DNA of 64,000 nucleotides, taken from assembly GCF_009914755.1 (NCBI RefSeq), contig NC_060928.1; one strand, 5' to 3'. The DNA comes from the human T2T-CHM13v2.0 reference genome, Homo sapiens. Both the position numbers and the translations under genes were made by a program. Numbering within the stretch: the first letter of the stretch is position 1; every line of letters starts with the position of its first letter. Positions 13,633-27,256 of the stretch are shown here, one piece after another. A model generated the notes under the pieces. The model saw only the letters and a program-made list of their open reading frames with translations. It made no database searches and had not been told where the DNA came from.

Positions 13633-15289
13633 GTCATGTCACAAATGGTGATATATGTGTTTGGTCATAAAAACTCGCAATAATGAGTGTATTTATTTCC
13701 TATCATTAACTTCTACCCAGACAGATCTGCAGGCAGAGACACTATAATTTTAGGCATTTTGCTTGGATCTATCTTCTAGAGAGAGCTATTCAGTTTTCTG
13801 TATGCATGGTGTACTACTATAGAGGTATGAAAAATGGGTTTTCAAGTAAGTTTTTTCTTGGAAAAAATAGAACTATATTTTAAGGCATTTAAGTACTAGT
13901 ATTAGCTTATTATGCTAAAAATGTTGTAACTGAGTCAGAAACAATTCTATGTAAACACAATATAAAAATTTGGTAATAACTAAATAGTTGTCTGACCCCA
14001 AATATTTAACTCTAAGAAACCTAATTCTGGCTTTATCCCAGGGTGATTTGGGAAGAGCTCACCCTGAATTCTGCTATTAAGTAAGAGTCATTTTTTTTTT
14101 TTCTGAAGTACACCATAGAACACCATCCTGATCTGGGACTTCAGGGCAACTTGGCAATGAAAAAAAGCATACACAGGCAACTTTCTGATCATTCAATGGC
14201 CTTCCTGTGACCTAGCCACAACCACTCTATTAATCTACTTTATCATGGGGATTAGTAGTGAAAAATCCTCATCCTTCCAGCGGGCACATCTGTTCCTAAC
14301 TTTTCTTATCTCTCCATGTTCATTCCATGCAGTACATCTATTCTTCATTAGCCATGAATGTCTCTGCTTTCGAGAAGAAACATTTTCTGTCATTTTATTT
14401 CCATAGATAATTTTTAAAATAAAAAAATATTGCTATTCTCTCCTTTCCTGTCTTATATATACTTCCAAACACATAGCATATTTGAGTTTCCTCAAAGAAC
14501 ACAACATACTGCTTTTCTGAGTAAGTTTTACAGCTGTGCAGCATTTACCAAGAGAAATCTGCTGTTTAAAGCTATGAGTGATGCCCACCAGAGCACCACT
14601 TTTATACATGCTCTAAATACATGCATGAATGTTTCTTCCTAGCATCTAAGATCAATGAGATGTTTCACAAAATAATTCATGCTAGAGGCAATCTCTTTAC
14701 CTCTGACTCAGGCACACTTAAAGCAAGAAGGAGGTGCGCTGGGCCTGTTTGATGGGGGTGCCTGTCTTCTTCCCGCAGCCTGACTCAAGCTGGGAACTGT
14801 GGTATAGGGAGCAAGGCCGGCTCATCGACACACTCCCTTCTCCCAAGTTCAGTCTAGGGATCACACCAAAGGAAGGAGCTCCATGTTTCTCCTTCTTCTC
14901 TGGTCTCTGAATACAGGTAAAAACCTTATAACTTCAATTATAGTGACAAATAAACAGAAAATACACACACAAAAAAACCACTAACCACTTCTGAATGACA
15001 TATTTATTTTTAAGATTCATTTTTTAAAATTAAATACTTATTTTTACTAGTTTCCACAATGTTTGAGTGAGAGAGAATATTATTTACTTATGCTTTAAAT
15101 ATTATTTTAAAATTAGAAATATGTTGTTCTCTACATTTAATAATAGTATAAAAAACGAGAAAGACATTATTGAAGACATCTTTGCTTTCATAGTTCAGAT
15201 TTTTATATTCTTATAAATAGCTAAAAATAAGGTGATAAGGGAAATACTGGTGACTTTTTGGCTAAGCACTTCATGTGATATTTGAGATT

Positions 15290-15390
15290 ACATATATGTA
15301 TATGGGTGTGAACATATATATGTGTGTATGTGTGCATATATACATATATGTATACACACATGCACATATATAATACATTCATATATACAC
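15290..15390. repeat. Mixed (TA)/(TG)/(CA) microsatellite
   Basis: Alternating purine-pyrimidine tract seen directly. Confidence 0.8.
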
Positions 15391-17069
15391 TAAAATGTCA
15401 GCTACAAAGTAGCTTTTGATTATTTGTTTGTTTAAATGGCCAAAAACTAATACAAGCTTTTATATGACCAAGGAGCTCTTTTACAAATGCACGGGTTTAT
15501 CACAAAGACACCAACATACTCCATGGTAAGTCTTCTACAGCAAGGCAGGCTCACAGCTGAACTTGGTTTGGAGTTTGTTGGGCTGGAGTATTTTGATAAA
15601 TGGAGATAAATGATTAAAATTGTTCAGTCTTTCTAAGCCTTAGCAAAATATGACAGTATATATGCCTCCAAAGAGATTTATGTTTACTCTTACAGCTGGC
15701 TGTTCATAGCTGCACCATTCCTTGGGGAGGTCTGCAGATCTACAGAGAATAAGAGTGTTTCGCAGCTGTAAGAGATTTAGATCCCTTTAAAGTACTGCTG
15801 GAGCTCCAGCAAACCAATGTTTCAAAAGAAAGTAAAGCTATGTGGTGTTCATAAGCTTCCCAGCCTTAACCTGGGGAAGCTCACCTGTCAAAGCCTGCTT
15901 ACTAAAAACTTTGCTGAATTGTTGGCTGACATTACAAAATGTCTAAAATGTCATCATGTGTAGCAAACAAATCCCTGCATTTCCACATGTTGTTCCTGGG
16001 GCAAGTAGGCAACATACTGAATAAATGCATGTTCATCAAGAAGTTCAGTTGTCTATGAGGAAGATGTGATGTGGGAGGAAGTGACTATATCATTGTTACA
16101 GGAGGGGAAGGCTGGGGGAGGAATAAGGGCGGGAAGCAACTGTCTGTTGGATGTCTCTTATGTGCCAGCAAGGTTGACTCCCTGTCCCACACCCTGCTCT
16201 GTGGTGGGTCCAGCGCTCTGTGGTGAGAACAAACAAGAAAGGAAGGAGAGATGGCCAAGCAGCAGGCTGCCTGCATGCATTATACTTCTACACAACCAGA
16301 AGAGGAAAGAGCATCTACATATTCCTAGCCCTGGTTCATTTCTGGGATTTCCTTTCAAGCAGAGAGGCAACTTCAGGGACCAGGCAACTTGGCTATATTA
16401 CTACACAGTTTGCAGTTTAACATTGACACTGACTGGGGTTAGCAAAAGAAGAGACAAAGCGGGCGACCAGTAGGACTCATTTCTCCTGTAGAAGGCAATT
16501 TGATCAATGTATACACATCATATTTTTGCTTCATGATCTCATTCTTAATCTGTACCACAAGTGATTCCCAAACTTATATTAGAACTTCTTCCTTTTTAAT
16601 CTTATAATAATTTATTGTTTGGAAGCAACAATAGCTTCCAAACACTGAGTCCCTGAATTAGGAGTGTTTAATTACCAGGCAGTGCAGGAGGATTGCAGGC
16701 TTCTGTTGCTGTGGAAGAACCTTAGCCTCGCCACTGATAGCATGGCTAAGAGCAGAAGAGAGTATACGCTCGATGCAGGCAAGTGGATTCCAAAGAGAAG
16801 GGGCCCTGGCTAACCTGCTTGTCACCGTGCATTAACCATTCCTACAAGATATTCTTCTTGCTGTGAGGGTAGGTAAATAAAGGAAACATCAGAAATTACT
16901 CCACGCCACCCACATCCAAATACAATCTTTATAGTACATATAATTAAACTAAAATGACACAGAAAGACTGAGTATAAAGTGTTGAACATTACTGTATAAA
17001 ATAACTGCAAAAAACTAAGGTGATAATGTTAACACTCAATAAAGAAAAACTAGAGGAAAAGAAGTTTAT

Positions 17070-17860
17070 CTGAAACAAAGAGGAATTTTATGTCACAAAG
17101 TGTCCTGTTCAAAATAAGATAGAGTTAATACTGCCACCTACTAAATAGTATAGATCATAATCCATTATAAAAAACAGATTAAAATAGAAGGACAATTGCC
17201 AAGAACACAATGACAATATAAAACATCAGTGTGGGTCAATTATCAACTAACTAAAATTGCAAAATAAATTAGAGGACAGCAAATGACATAAAAGAATGAT
17301 TCAATAGATTCTCAACAAAGAATATGGCTTCTTTTCAAATACCCACAATACAGCTATAATTTTTTAAAAGTTTCATTTAGTACATCATTAAAAAGTCAAC
17401 AAATTTTCATATTAGTATTAGCATAGGCCACATTCCCTGAGAAGTTAATACAGTAAAATTAGGAATTAGCATAATATATGTTTTCACAAGGAAAATAACA
17501 GTAATACCACAACTATTTAAACATTTTTCTAAAGAAGAAAAACATGTTGCAAAAGAACCCCTGGGTTCAAAAGGGTATGAAAAGATGTCATGGAAGTTGA
17601 AGGCTAGCTAGAAAATAACAGTGAGAGTACCAGAGAGTTACACTGGAGGTGGGGGGAGGGGACATGAACTGGAAAACACATATTGCCTAAAATGTTTGCA
17701 TTTTTGTTCCAGAAATAACTAAAATAAATGAAGTGATAACTCAAGAAATCAGGGGTAGAAACACAAAACAAATGCCAGGTCCACAGGAAGAAGGACAAAA
17801 TAGAAATAAAGATAAGAAAGGATCGAGACCACGGGAACAAAATGCAGTGGGTCTTTTCGG
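17070..17860 (+). mobile_element. Ancient L1M ORF2 (endonuclease-region) relic
   Basis: A-rich; 'cttttcaaatacccaca' and 'ataggccacattccctga...gtaaaattaggaatt' resemble degraded L1 ORF2. Confidence 0.45.
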
Positions 17861-17996
17861 GAGCAAAAGGAGTTTTTAAAATTAGTATTTTCTAAAACTA
17901 AGACTAAATATTAAAAACATTAAGATTGTTCTTATCCACAGGGTGCCTGATAATTCCATTAGTAAAATTTCTTCAATATTAAGTGATATTCTGCCA

Positions 17997-18050
17997 TTGT
18001 GTGTGTGTGTTTGTGTATGTGGTGTTCGTATGTGTGAGCATGTGTGTGTA
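17997..18050. repeat. Imperfect (TG)n microsatellite
   Basis: Seen directly. Confidence 0.8.
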
Positions 18051-18142
18051 TATTCCACAATGCAAATTAACATCAGGGAAATGTACTTTTATTCTGGCAA
18101 TGCACTTTTAAGATTATATGGTTCAATAAGAACTAGTAATTC

Positions 18143-18435
<293 letters not shown>

Positions 18436-18619
18436 AAGAACTAGTGATTCTCAGTGTTTAATAGATGTTTGGGTTACATGTTGGGCTGAGAATGGCAATA
18501 AAAATTAATAATTCATTCAAACTCAAAGCAAGACCATCAAAATAATTTAGTTCAGAAAACAATGATTATTTGTGTTTTTATTTATTATTTGTGTTGCTAG
18601 AAGAATATTTAAAAAGTTT

Positions 18620-19380
18620 ATTGCTTATACCAAATCAAATTTTTAGTGCCTGTAATATGATTCCTTCAACAACTGTATATGGAAGAGCTGCTATGAGAAA
18701 AGTACTGGGAAGGCAATGATGAACAAAAGCTGACATGGTTCCTGACCTCCTGGAACTTAAGAGCCTACAGGACAAGAAATCTATTCATCTAATATTGCAT
18801 AAACAAATACAAAAGTATTACATGAATACTATTCAAAATCATAAGATTATGTAAAAAGGAGATTTGATGTAGTCAGGCAAATCAGGGAAGTCTTTCTTAA
18901 GGAAACAATAGTTTTGCAGAGATTTGCGAATTAATGATATCAAGTCAATCAGCAGGTACAAAGTACTCCAGGCGGAGTAATTAGCATATTCATAGGCACC
19001 GTGACAAGGAGGGACTAGACCTTTCTGGAACTAGAAAGTGTGGCTGGTGTCCACTGAGGGAGTCCGACAATATCTGGTATATAGTGAGGGAAAGGAGAGA
19101 CTATGAAGTCTCTGCAAGGGTCTTACCTTCTTACAAAAGAGCCATGGAGATTAAATAAACTTTAGAAACAAAGTGTGTGTGGGTGAGAGAGAAAGAGAGA
19201 GAGATCGATCAGATCTGTGTGTTGAAAATCTTCTGGCTGCAGTGTGTGCATAGAGATTTTTGGGAAGAAACTGTGGGCTAGAGAGACCATTTAGGAGGCT
19301 GTTTTGTGAATCCTCATGCCAGCTGATGGTGACATGAGTGAAGCGCTGGAGACAGAGTTCAAGAAATGTCCATCAGCATC
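18620..19380 (-). mobile_element. L2 fragment
   Basis: 'gatgaacaaaagctgacatggttcctgacctcctggaactta', 'tctggctgcagtgtg', 'gagaccatttaggaggctgtt'. Confidence 0.65.
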
Positions 19381-19504
19381 ATCTAACCAATGTTCCAATC
19401 CCGTGCAACCTATTTACTTACAGTTTTGTAGAATAAAATAAGGAATTAATCACTCCTAGAAATTAATGATGAATACAAGTAAAAAGATGAGTCAAAGAGA
19501 GTAG

Positions 19505-19805
<301 letters not shown>

Positions 19806-19895
19806 CTGAAATTTGAATTTTAAGTGATCATCTCCAGAGATACTTTTCAAAATGTTGTTTCAGGATAAGACTTCTGAAAAGAGCTTAAAAGTCAC

Positions 19896-20034
19896 TTTAT
19901 TTATTTATTTACTTTGTAGAGATAGGGTCTCACTTTGTTGCCCAGGCTGGTTTCAAACTCTTGTCTTCAAGCAATCTTCCTGCCTTGGTCTCCCTAAGTG
20001 CTGGGATTATAGGCCTGAGCCTCCATGCCTGGCC
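19896..20034 (-). mobile_element. Free left Alu monomer (FLAM_C-like)
   Basis: Single ~130-bp Alu arm with (TTTA)n tail. Confidence 0.82.
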
Positions 20035-21714
20035 AGGAGTCTTATTATTAAATCATATCATGTGAAAGGGAAGCAAAGCGAGATGGTAGATTAGAAGGCT
20101 GCATCAATCTTTCCCCTCATACCCAACCCCCTGCCGTTAACACCAAGTTAACCTACACAGAAAATAAAAACACCTTCATAAGAACCAAAAATCAGGCGAG
20201 CACACACAGTACCTGGTTTTAACTTCATATCACTGAAAGAGGCACTAAAGATAGAAAACACAGCCCTGAATCACCAATGCCAACCCACCTCTCTTTCCCC
20301 ATGCCAAACAGCAGCTCTAGAGCAGAAAGGAAACCCAGACCAAACTAGCTGATGCCTGCCCAAGGAGCGAGCATTTAAACCAGCCCTAGCCAGAAGGGAA
20401 CTGCAGATGCCAGTGGTCCGAACTTGAATTCCTGCAAACCTCGCCACCAAGGGCCACATCACTCTGTGTCTCCAAGTAAACTTGAAAGGTAGTCTAGGCC
20501 ATAAGGACTGCAACCCTTAGGCAAGTCCTAGTGCTAAGCTTAGGCCCAGAGACAGTGGACTGAGGGGGGTATGTTACACACTGAGACACCACCTGGGACA
20601 GCTAAGGGAGTGCTGGCATCACCCCTCCCCCAACCCCAGGCTGCACAGCTGAAGGCTCCAAAAGAGAACCCTTCCTTCTGCTTGAGGAAAGGAGAGGGAA
20701 GAGTGGGGAGAACTTTTTCTTGTATTTAGGATACCAGCTCAGCCACAGCAGGATAAAGCCCTGGTCAGAGTCATGAGGCCGCTATTTCAGGCACCAGCTC
20801 ACAGATAACATTTCTAGACATACCCTGGACCAGAAGAAAAGGATCCAGTCCTGACGGCATTCATTACCTGCTAATTGAAGAGCCCTTGGTCCCTGAATAA
20901 CCAGCAGTGATACCCAGGTACTACATTGAGGCCCTTGGGTGAACCTTGAAGACTTATTGGCTTTCCATGAGACTCAGCACATTACCTGCTGTGGTGGCTA
21001 CTGGGTAAAACTTCTTCCGCTTAAGAAAAGCAGAGGGAAAAGTAAAGGGAACTTTGTCTTGAACATTAGGTACCAACACTGCCACAGTGAGGTAGAGCGC
21101 CAACTGGGCTCTTGGGGGTCCATGATTCCAGATATTGACTCTTGGACAGTATTTCTGAACCTGCCCTGGGCCAGAGGGGAGCCCATTGCCCTGATGGGTG
21201 AGTCTCAGGCAAAGCAGCATTCACCACAAGCTGACTTAAGAGACCTTGACCTTAAAGTAAAAATCTGTGGTAGTCTGGCAATACTCCTTGTGGCCTGGGG
21301 TGGCAGTGGCCACAGGGTCAGACTCCTCTGCCTTTGGAAAGGGAGAGAAGAGTGGGAAGGACTGCATCTTATGGCATGAGGGCAAGCTAAGTCTCAATAT
21401 AATAGAACACCTGGTAGACTCATAAGGTTTCTGACTCTAGACCCTGACTCCTGGACAGCACTTCTGGACACACCTGGGGCCTGAGAGACCTCACTGCCCT
21501 AAAGGGAAGGACACAGGCCTGGCTACCTTTGACACCTGCTGATTGTAGAGACCTATGGCCTTGAGTGAACATAGGCAGCAGCCAGAGAGTAATCACAGCA
21601 GGCCGTGGTTGAGACCCAGTGCTGTGCTAGCTTCAAGTCTGACCCAGCACAGTCACAGTAGTGGTGGCCACAGGGGTGCTTGTGTCACTCTTCCCCAAGT
21701 TTTAGGTGGTTCAG

Positions 21715-21717
<3 letters not shown>

Positions 21718-21752
<35 letters not shown>
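21718..21752. repeat. (GA)n microsatellite in the L1 5' UTR
   Basis: About 17 perfect AG units. Confidence 0.95.
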
Positions 21753-21756
<4 letters not shown>

Positions 21757-24700
21757 GTTTGAAAAGAAGTTAGGGAAGAGAACAAGAGTCCTCCAGGTAA
21801 TCCAGAGAATTCTCACAGATCTGGTCCAAGACCATCAAAGCAGTACATCTACGAGTCTACAAGAAACACAGAGTTACTGGGCAGATACAGCTTATATTAA
21901 TATCACAACACCCAAGTCCTTTCAAATATCTGAAAAGATTTCCCAGGAAAGAGCACAAATAAGCCCAAACAGTAAAGACTACAATAAATACCTAACCATT
22001 CAGTGCCCAGACACTGAAGAACATCTGCAAGCATCAACACCATCCAGAAAAACATGACCTCACCAAATTAACTAAATAAGGTACCAGGGACCAATCCTGG
22101 AGAAACAGAGATATGTGACTTTTCAAACAGAGAATTCAAAATAGCTCTAATGAGGAAACTTAAAGCAATTCAAGATAACACAGAGAAGAAATTCAAAATT
22201 CTATCAGATAAATTTAACAAAGAATTTGAAATAATTTAAAAGAATCAAGCAGAAATTCTGGAGCTGAAAAATGCAGTTAGCCCACTGAAGAATGCATCGG
22301 AGTTCTTTAGCAGCAGAATGGATCAAGCAGAAAAATGAATTAGTGACCTGAAGACAGGGTATTTAAAAATACACAGTCAGAGGAGACAAAAGAATAAAAA
22401 ACAATGAAGCACACCTACAGAACCTAGAAAATAGCCTCAAATGGGCAAATTCAAGAGTTATTGTCCTTTAAAAGAAGGTAGAGAAAGAGATAGAGGTAGA
22501 AATATATTCAAAGAGATAATAACAGAGAACTTCCCAAACTTAGAGAAATATATCAATATCTAAGTACAATAAGATTATAGAACACCAAGCAGATTTAACC
22601 CAAAGAAGACTACTTCAAGTCATTTAATAATCAAATTCCCAAAGGTCAAGGATAAAGTAAGAATTCTAAAAGGAGCAAGATAAAATAAACAAATACAATG
22701 GAGCTTCAGTACATCTGGCAGCAGACTTTTCAGTGGAAATCTCACAGGCCAGGAGAGAGTGACATGACAAAAAGTGATGAAGGAAAAAAGCCTTTTTACC
22801 CTAGAGTAGGATATCTTCTGAAAATATGAAGAAGAAATACAGACAAAGGCTGTTTCATCAACACCAGCCCTGTCCTGTAAGAAATGCTAAAGGGAATACT
22901 TCAGTCAGAAAGAAAAAAATGTTAATGAGTGATAAGTAATCACCTGAAGGTACAAAACTCACTGGTAATAGTAAGTACACAGAAAAACAGATTATTATAA
23001 CACTGTAACTGTGATGTGTATTATCCTAAATAGGAAGACTAAATGATGAACCAATCAAAAATAATAACTACAACTTTTCAAGACAGAGTAAGTACAATAA
23101 AATACAAATAGAAACAACAAAAGATTAAAAAGAGGGCAGACAAAGTTAAGGTGTACAGTTCTTATTAGTTTTCTTTTTGTTTGTTTATGTGAATAGTGTT
23201 AAGTTGTTATGAGGTTAAAACAATGTGTTATAAAATAGTATTTTCAAGCCTCATGCTAATCTCAAATGAAAAAACATACAATCAATACACAAAAAATAAA
23301 AACAAGATACTAAATTGTATAACCAGAGAAAATCACCTTCACTAGTAGAAAGCAGAAAGATAAGACCATGAAACAAACAGAAAACAAATTTATAATGATA
23401 AAAGTTAAGTCCTTACTGATAAATAATAACATTGGATGTAAATGGGCTAAATTACCCAATCAAAAGACATAGACTGGCTGAATAGACAAAAACAAAAAAG
23501 ACCCACTGATATGTTGCCTAGAAGAAAAACACTTCACCTATAAAGTCACACACAGACTGAAAATAAAGGGATGGAAAAAGATATTCCATGCCAATGGAAA
23601 CTGAAAAAGAACAGGAGTCACCATACTTAGATCAGACTAGATCGATTTCAAGACAAAAACTATAGGAAGAGCCAAAAAATGTCACTATATAATGATAAAC
23701 TGGTCAGTTCAGCAAAAGTATGTAACAATTTTAAATACATATGCACCCAACGCTTGAGCACCCAGATATATAAAGCAAATATTATTAGAGCTAAAGAGAT
23801 AGATAGGTCCCAATGCAATAATAGCTGGACTTCAACATCCCCCTTTTAGCACTGGATGAATCTTCCAGACAGGAAATCTGCAAAGAAATATCAAACTTAA
23901 TCTCAAGTATAGACCAAATGTGTATATCTAATAGATATACATAAAACACTTTATCCAATAGCAGAAGAATACACATTATTTTCCAGAGCACAAAGAATAT
24001 TCTCAAGGATAGACCATATGTTATGTCATAAAGCAAGTCTAAAAATATTCAAAAACATTAAAATAATATCAAGCATCTTCTGTGAACACATTGGAATAAA
24101 ACTAGAAATTATTTACAAGAGAAATTCTGGAAACTACATAAATACATGGAAATTAAACAATATTCTCCTGGATGACCAGTGAGTCAATGAAGAATTTAAC
24201 AGGTAAATTGAAAAATTTCTTGAAGCAAATGATAATGAAAATACATTATACCAAAACCTATGGGATACAGAAAAAGCAATACTAAGAGGGAAGTTTATAG
24301 CTATAAGTGCCTACATCAGAAAAGAGGAAAAACTTCAAATGAACAATCTAATGATGTATCTATAAACAACATTGAATACAAAAGAGGCTTGTGTAAAAAC
24401 TCAAAAAAAAAAATCAGTCTTCAAACAATGAAAAAAAAAAGAACTAGAAAATCAAGAACAAACCAAACCCAAAATTAGTAGAAGAAAAGAAATAATAAAA
24501 ATCAGAGCAGAAATAAATGAAATTGAAATAAAAAATACAAAAGATAAATGAAAAAAATAGTTGTTTTTTGAAGCTAAACAAAGTTGAAAAACTGTTAGCC
24601 AGACTAAAAAAAAAAAGAGAGAAGATGCAAATAATAACATTGGAAATGAAAAAGGAGACACTGTGACTAATACTGCAGAAACTCAAATGATCATTAGTGG

Positions 24701-25524
24701 CTACTATGAGCAAGTAAATGCCAATGAAATGGAATATCTAGAAGAAATAGACAAATTCATAGATACATACAACCTACCAAAATTGAACTGGGAACAAATG
24801 CAGAACCCGAACAAACCAATAACAAGTAACCAGATTGAAGCCATAATGAAAATCTCCCAGTAAAGAAAAGGCAGGACCTGACTGTTTCACTAATGAATTC
24901 CACAAAACATTTAAAGAATTAATACCAATCCTACTCAAACTATTCCAAAAAATAGAGGAGAAGGGAGTACCTCCAAATGCATTCTACAAGGCCAGTAATA
25001 CCCTGATACCAAAACAAGACAAAGACACATCAAAAAATGAAAACTATAGGCAAATATCTCTGAAAAATATTGATGCAAAAATCCTCAACAAAATACCAGC
25101 AAACCAAATTTAACAATACATTAGAAAGACCATTCATAACCAAGTGGGATTTACCCCAAGGATGCAAGGATGGTTCAATCATATGCAAATCAAAATATGT
25201 AGTAGATCATGTCAACAGAATAAAGCATAAAAACACCATATGGACATTTCAATTGATGTTGAGAAAGCATTTGATAAAATTCAACATCCCTTCATGGTAA
25301 ACACCCTCAAAAAACTGCGGAAAGAAGGAACATACCACAACATAATAAAAGCCATATATGACACCCACAGGTAGTAACATATTGAATGGGGAAATGCTGA
25401 AAGTCTTTTCTCTAAGATGTGGAACACAATAAGGATGTCCATTGTCACAACTGTTATTCAACATAGTCCTGGAAGTCTTGGCTAGAACAATCAGACAATA
25501 GAAAGATACAAAGGGCATCCAAAC

Positions 25525-25561
25525 TGGAAGGCAGCTATGCTCACCACTATAACATCAACGT
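25525..25561 (-). pseudogene. Tailless retropseudogene of the 5' half of tRNA-Gly(TCC)
   Basis: Minus strand ACGTTGATGTTATAGTGGTGAGCATAGCTGCCTTCCA vs tRNA-Gly-TCC 5' end GCGTTGGTGGTATAGTGGTGAGCATAGCTGCCTTCCA (34/37); flanked by 18-bp direct repeats at 25512-25529 and 25566-25583. Confidence 0.9.
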
Positions 25562-26877
25562 ATCTAGGGCATCCAACTTGGAAAGGAAGACATAAGATTA
25601 TCCTTGTTTGCAGATAATATGATCTTATATTTGGAAAAACCTAGAGACCCTACAAGAAACTATTAAAACTGATAAACAAATTAAGTAAAGTTGCAGGATA
25701 CAAAGTCAACATGCAAAAATCAGTAGCATTTCTACATTCCAACAGTGAACAATGTGAGAAAAAAGTAATCCCATTTAAAATAGCCACACATAAAATTAAA
25801 TACCTAGGAATTAACCAAAGAAATGAAAGATCTCTATACTGAAAATTGTAAAACACTGATGAAAGAAATTGAAGACAACAGCAAAAAAATAAAATAAAAT
25901 ATGTTCATGGATTGGAAGAATCAATATTTTTAAAATATCCATGCTACCCAAAGCAATGTACAAATTCAATGCAATCCCTATCAAAATACCAATGACATTC
26001 TTCAAGAAGTAGAAAAGAAAGCTATCCTAAAATTTATATGGAATCACAATAGACCCAGAATAGCCAAAGATATCCTAAGCAAAAAGAACAAAACTGGAGA
26101 AATCACATTACCTGGTTTCAAATTATCTTACAGAGCTATAGTAAGCAAAATGAATGGCATGGTACTGGAATAAAAACAGATACATAGACCAATGGGACAG
26201 AATAGAGAACCCAGAAACAAATTCACACACCTACAGTGAACTCATTTTTGACAAAGGTGCTAAGAACATACACTGGGGAAAACAGAGTCTTTTCAATAAA
26301 TGATGTTTGGAAAACTGGATATCCATATGCAGAAGAATGAAACCAGCAATGAAACCTATCTCTCATCATATACAAAAATCAAAATGATTTATAGATTAAA
26401 ACCTAAGACCTCAAACTATGAAACTGCTACAAGAAAACATTGAGGGGAAATCTCCAGGACATTGGCCTGGGCAAAAACTTCTTGAGCAGTACCTCACAAG
26501 TACAGACAACCAAAGCAAAAATGGACAAATGAGGTCACATCTAGTTATAAAGCTTCTTCACAGCAAAGGATACAGTCAACAAAGTGAAGAGACAACCTGC
26601 AGAATGGGAGAAAATATTTGCAAACTACCCCATCTGACAAGGTATTAATGACCAGAATATTTAAGGAGCTCAAACAACTCTATAGGAAAAAGTCTAATAA
26701 TCTGATTAAAAAAATGAGCCAAAGATTTAAATAAACATTTCTCAAAAGAAGACATACAAATGGCAAGCAGGCATATGAAAAGATGCTCAACATCATTGGT
26801 CACCAGAGAAATGCAAATCAAAACTATAATCAGGTATCATTGCACCCCAGTTAAAATGGCTTACGCCCAAAAGACCA

Positions 26878-27256
26878 TGATATGGTTACACTTTGTGTCC
26901 CAACCCAAATCTCATCTTGAATTATTATCCCCATAATCCCCATGTGTCAAAAGAGAAACCAGGTGGAGGTAATTGGATCATGGTGGGGTTTCCCCCATGC
27001 TGTTCTTGCGATAATAAGTGAGGTCTCATGAAATCTGATGGTTTTATAAGGAACTCTTCCCCCTTCACTACCCACTCTTCTTTCTCCTGCCACCATATGA
27101 AGAAGGTCCTTTCTTCTCCTTTGCCTTCCACCATGATTGTAAGTTTCCTGAGACTTTGCCAGCCCTGCGGCACTGTGTGTCAATTAAATTTCTTTTTTAA
27201 ATAAATTACCCAGTCTCAGGTATGTCTTTATAGCAGCATGAAAATGAACTAATACA
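26878..27256 (+). mobile_element. THE1D-like solo LTR inserted in the L1MA ORF2
   Basis: tgatatggtt...ctaataca termini; flanks gacca / gacaa (5-bp TSD, 1 mismatch); L1 sequence resumes on both sides. Confidence 0.92.

Noticed and set aside
20680-21370. Three diverged ~330-bp-spaced repeats (gga...agggaagagtgggga...ctt)
   Set aside because: Internal repeated units of the old L1 5' UTR, not an independent array or CRISPR-like structure
25525-25561. Functional tRNA gene
   Set aside because: Only the 5' 37 nt are present; no T-arm, B-box or acceptor-stem 3' strand
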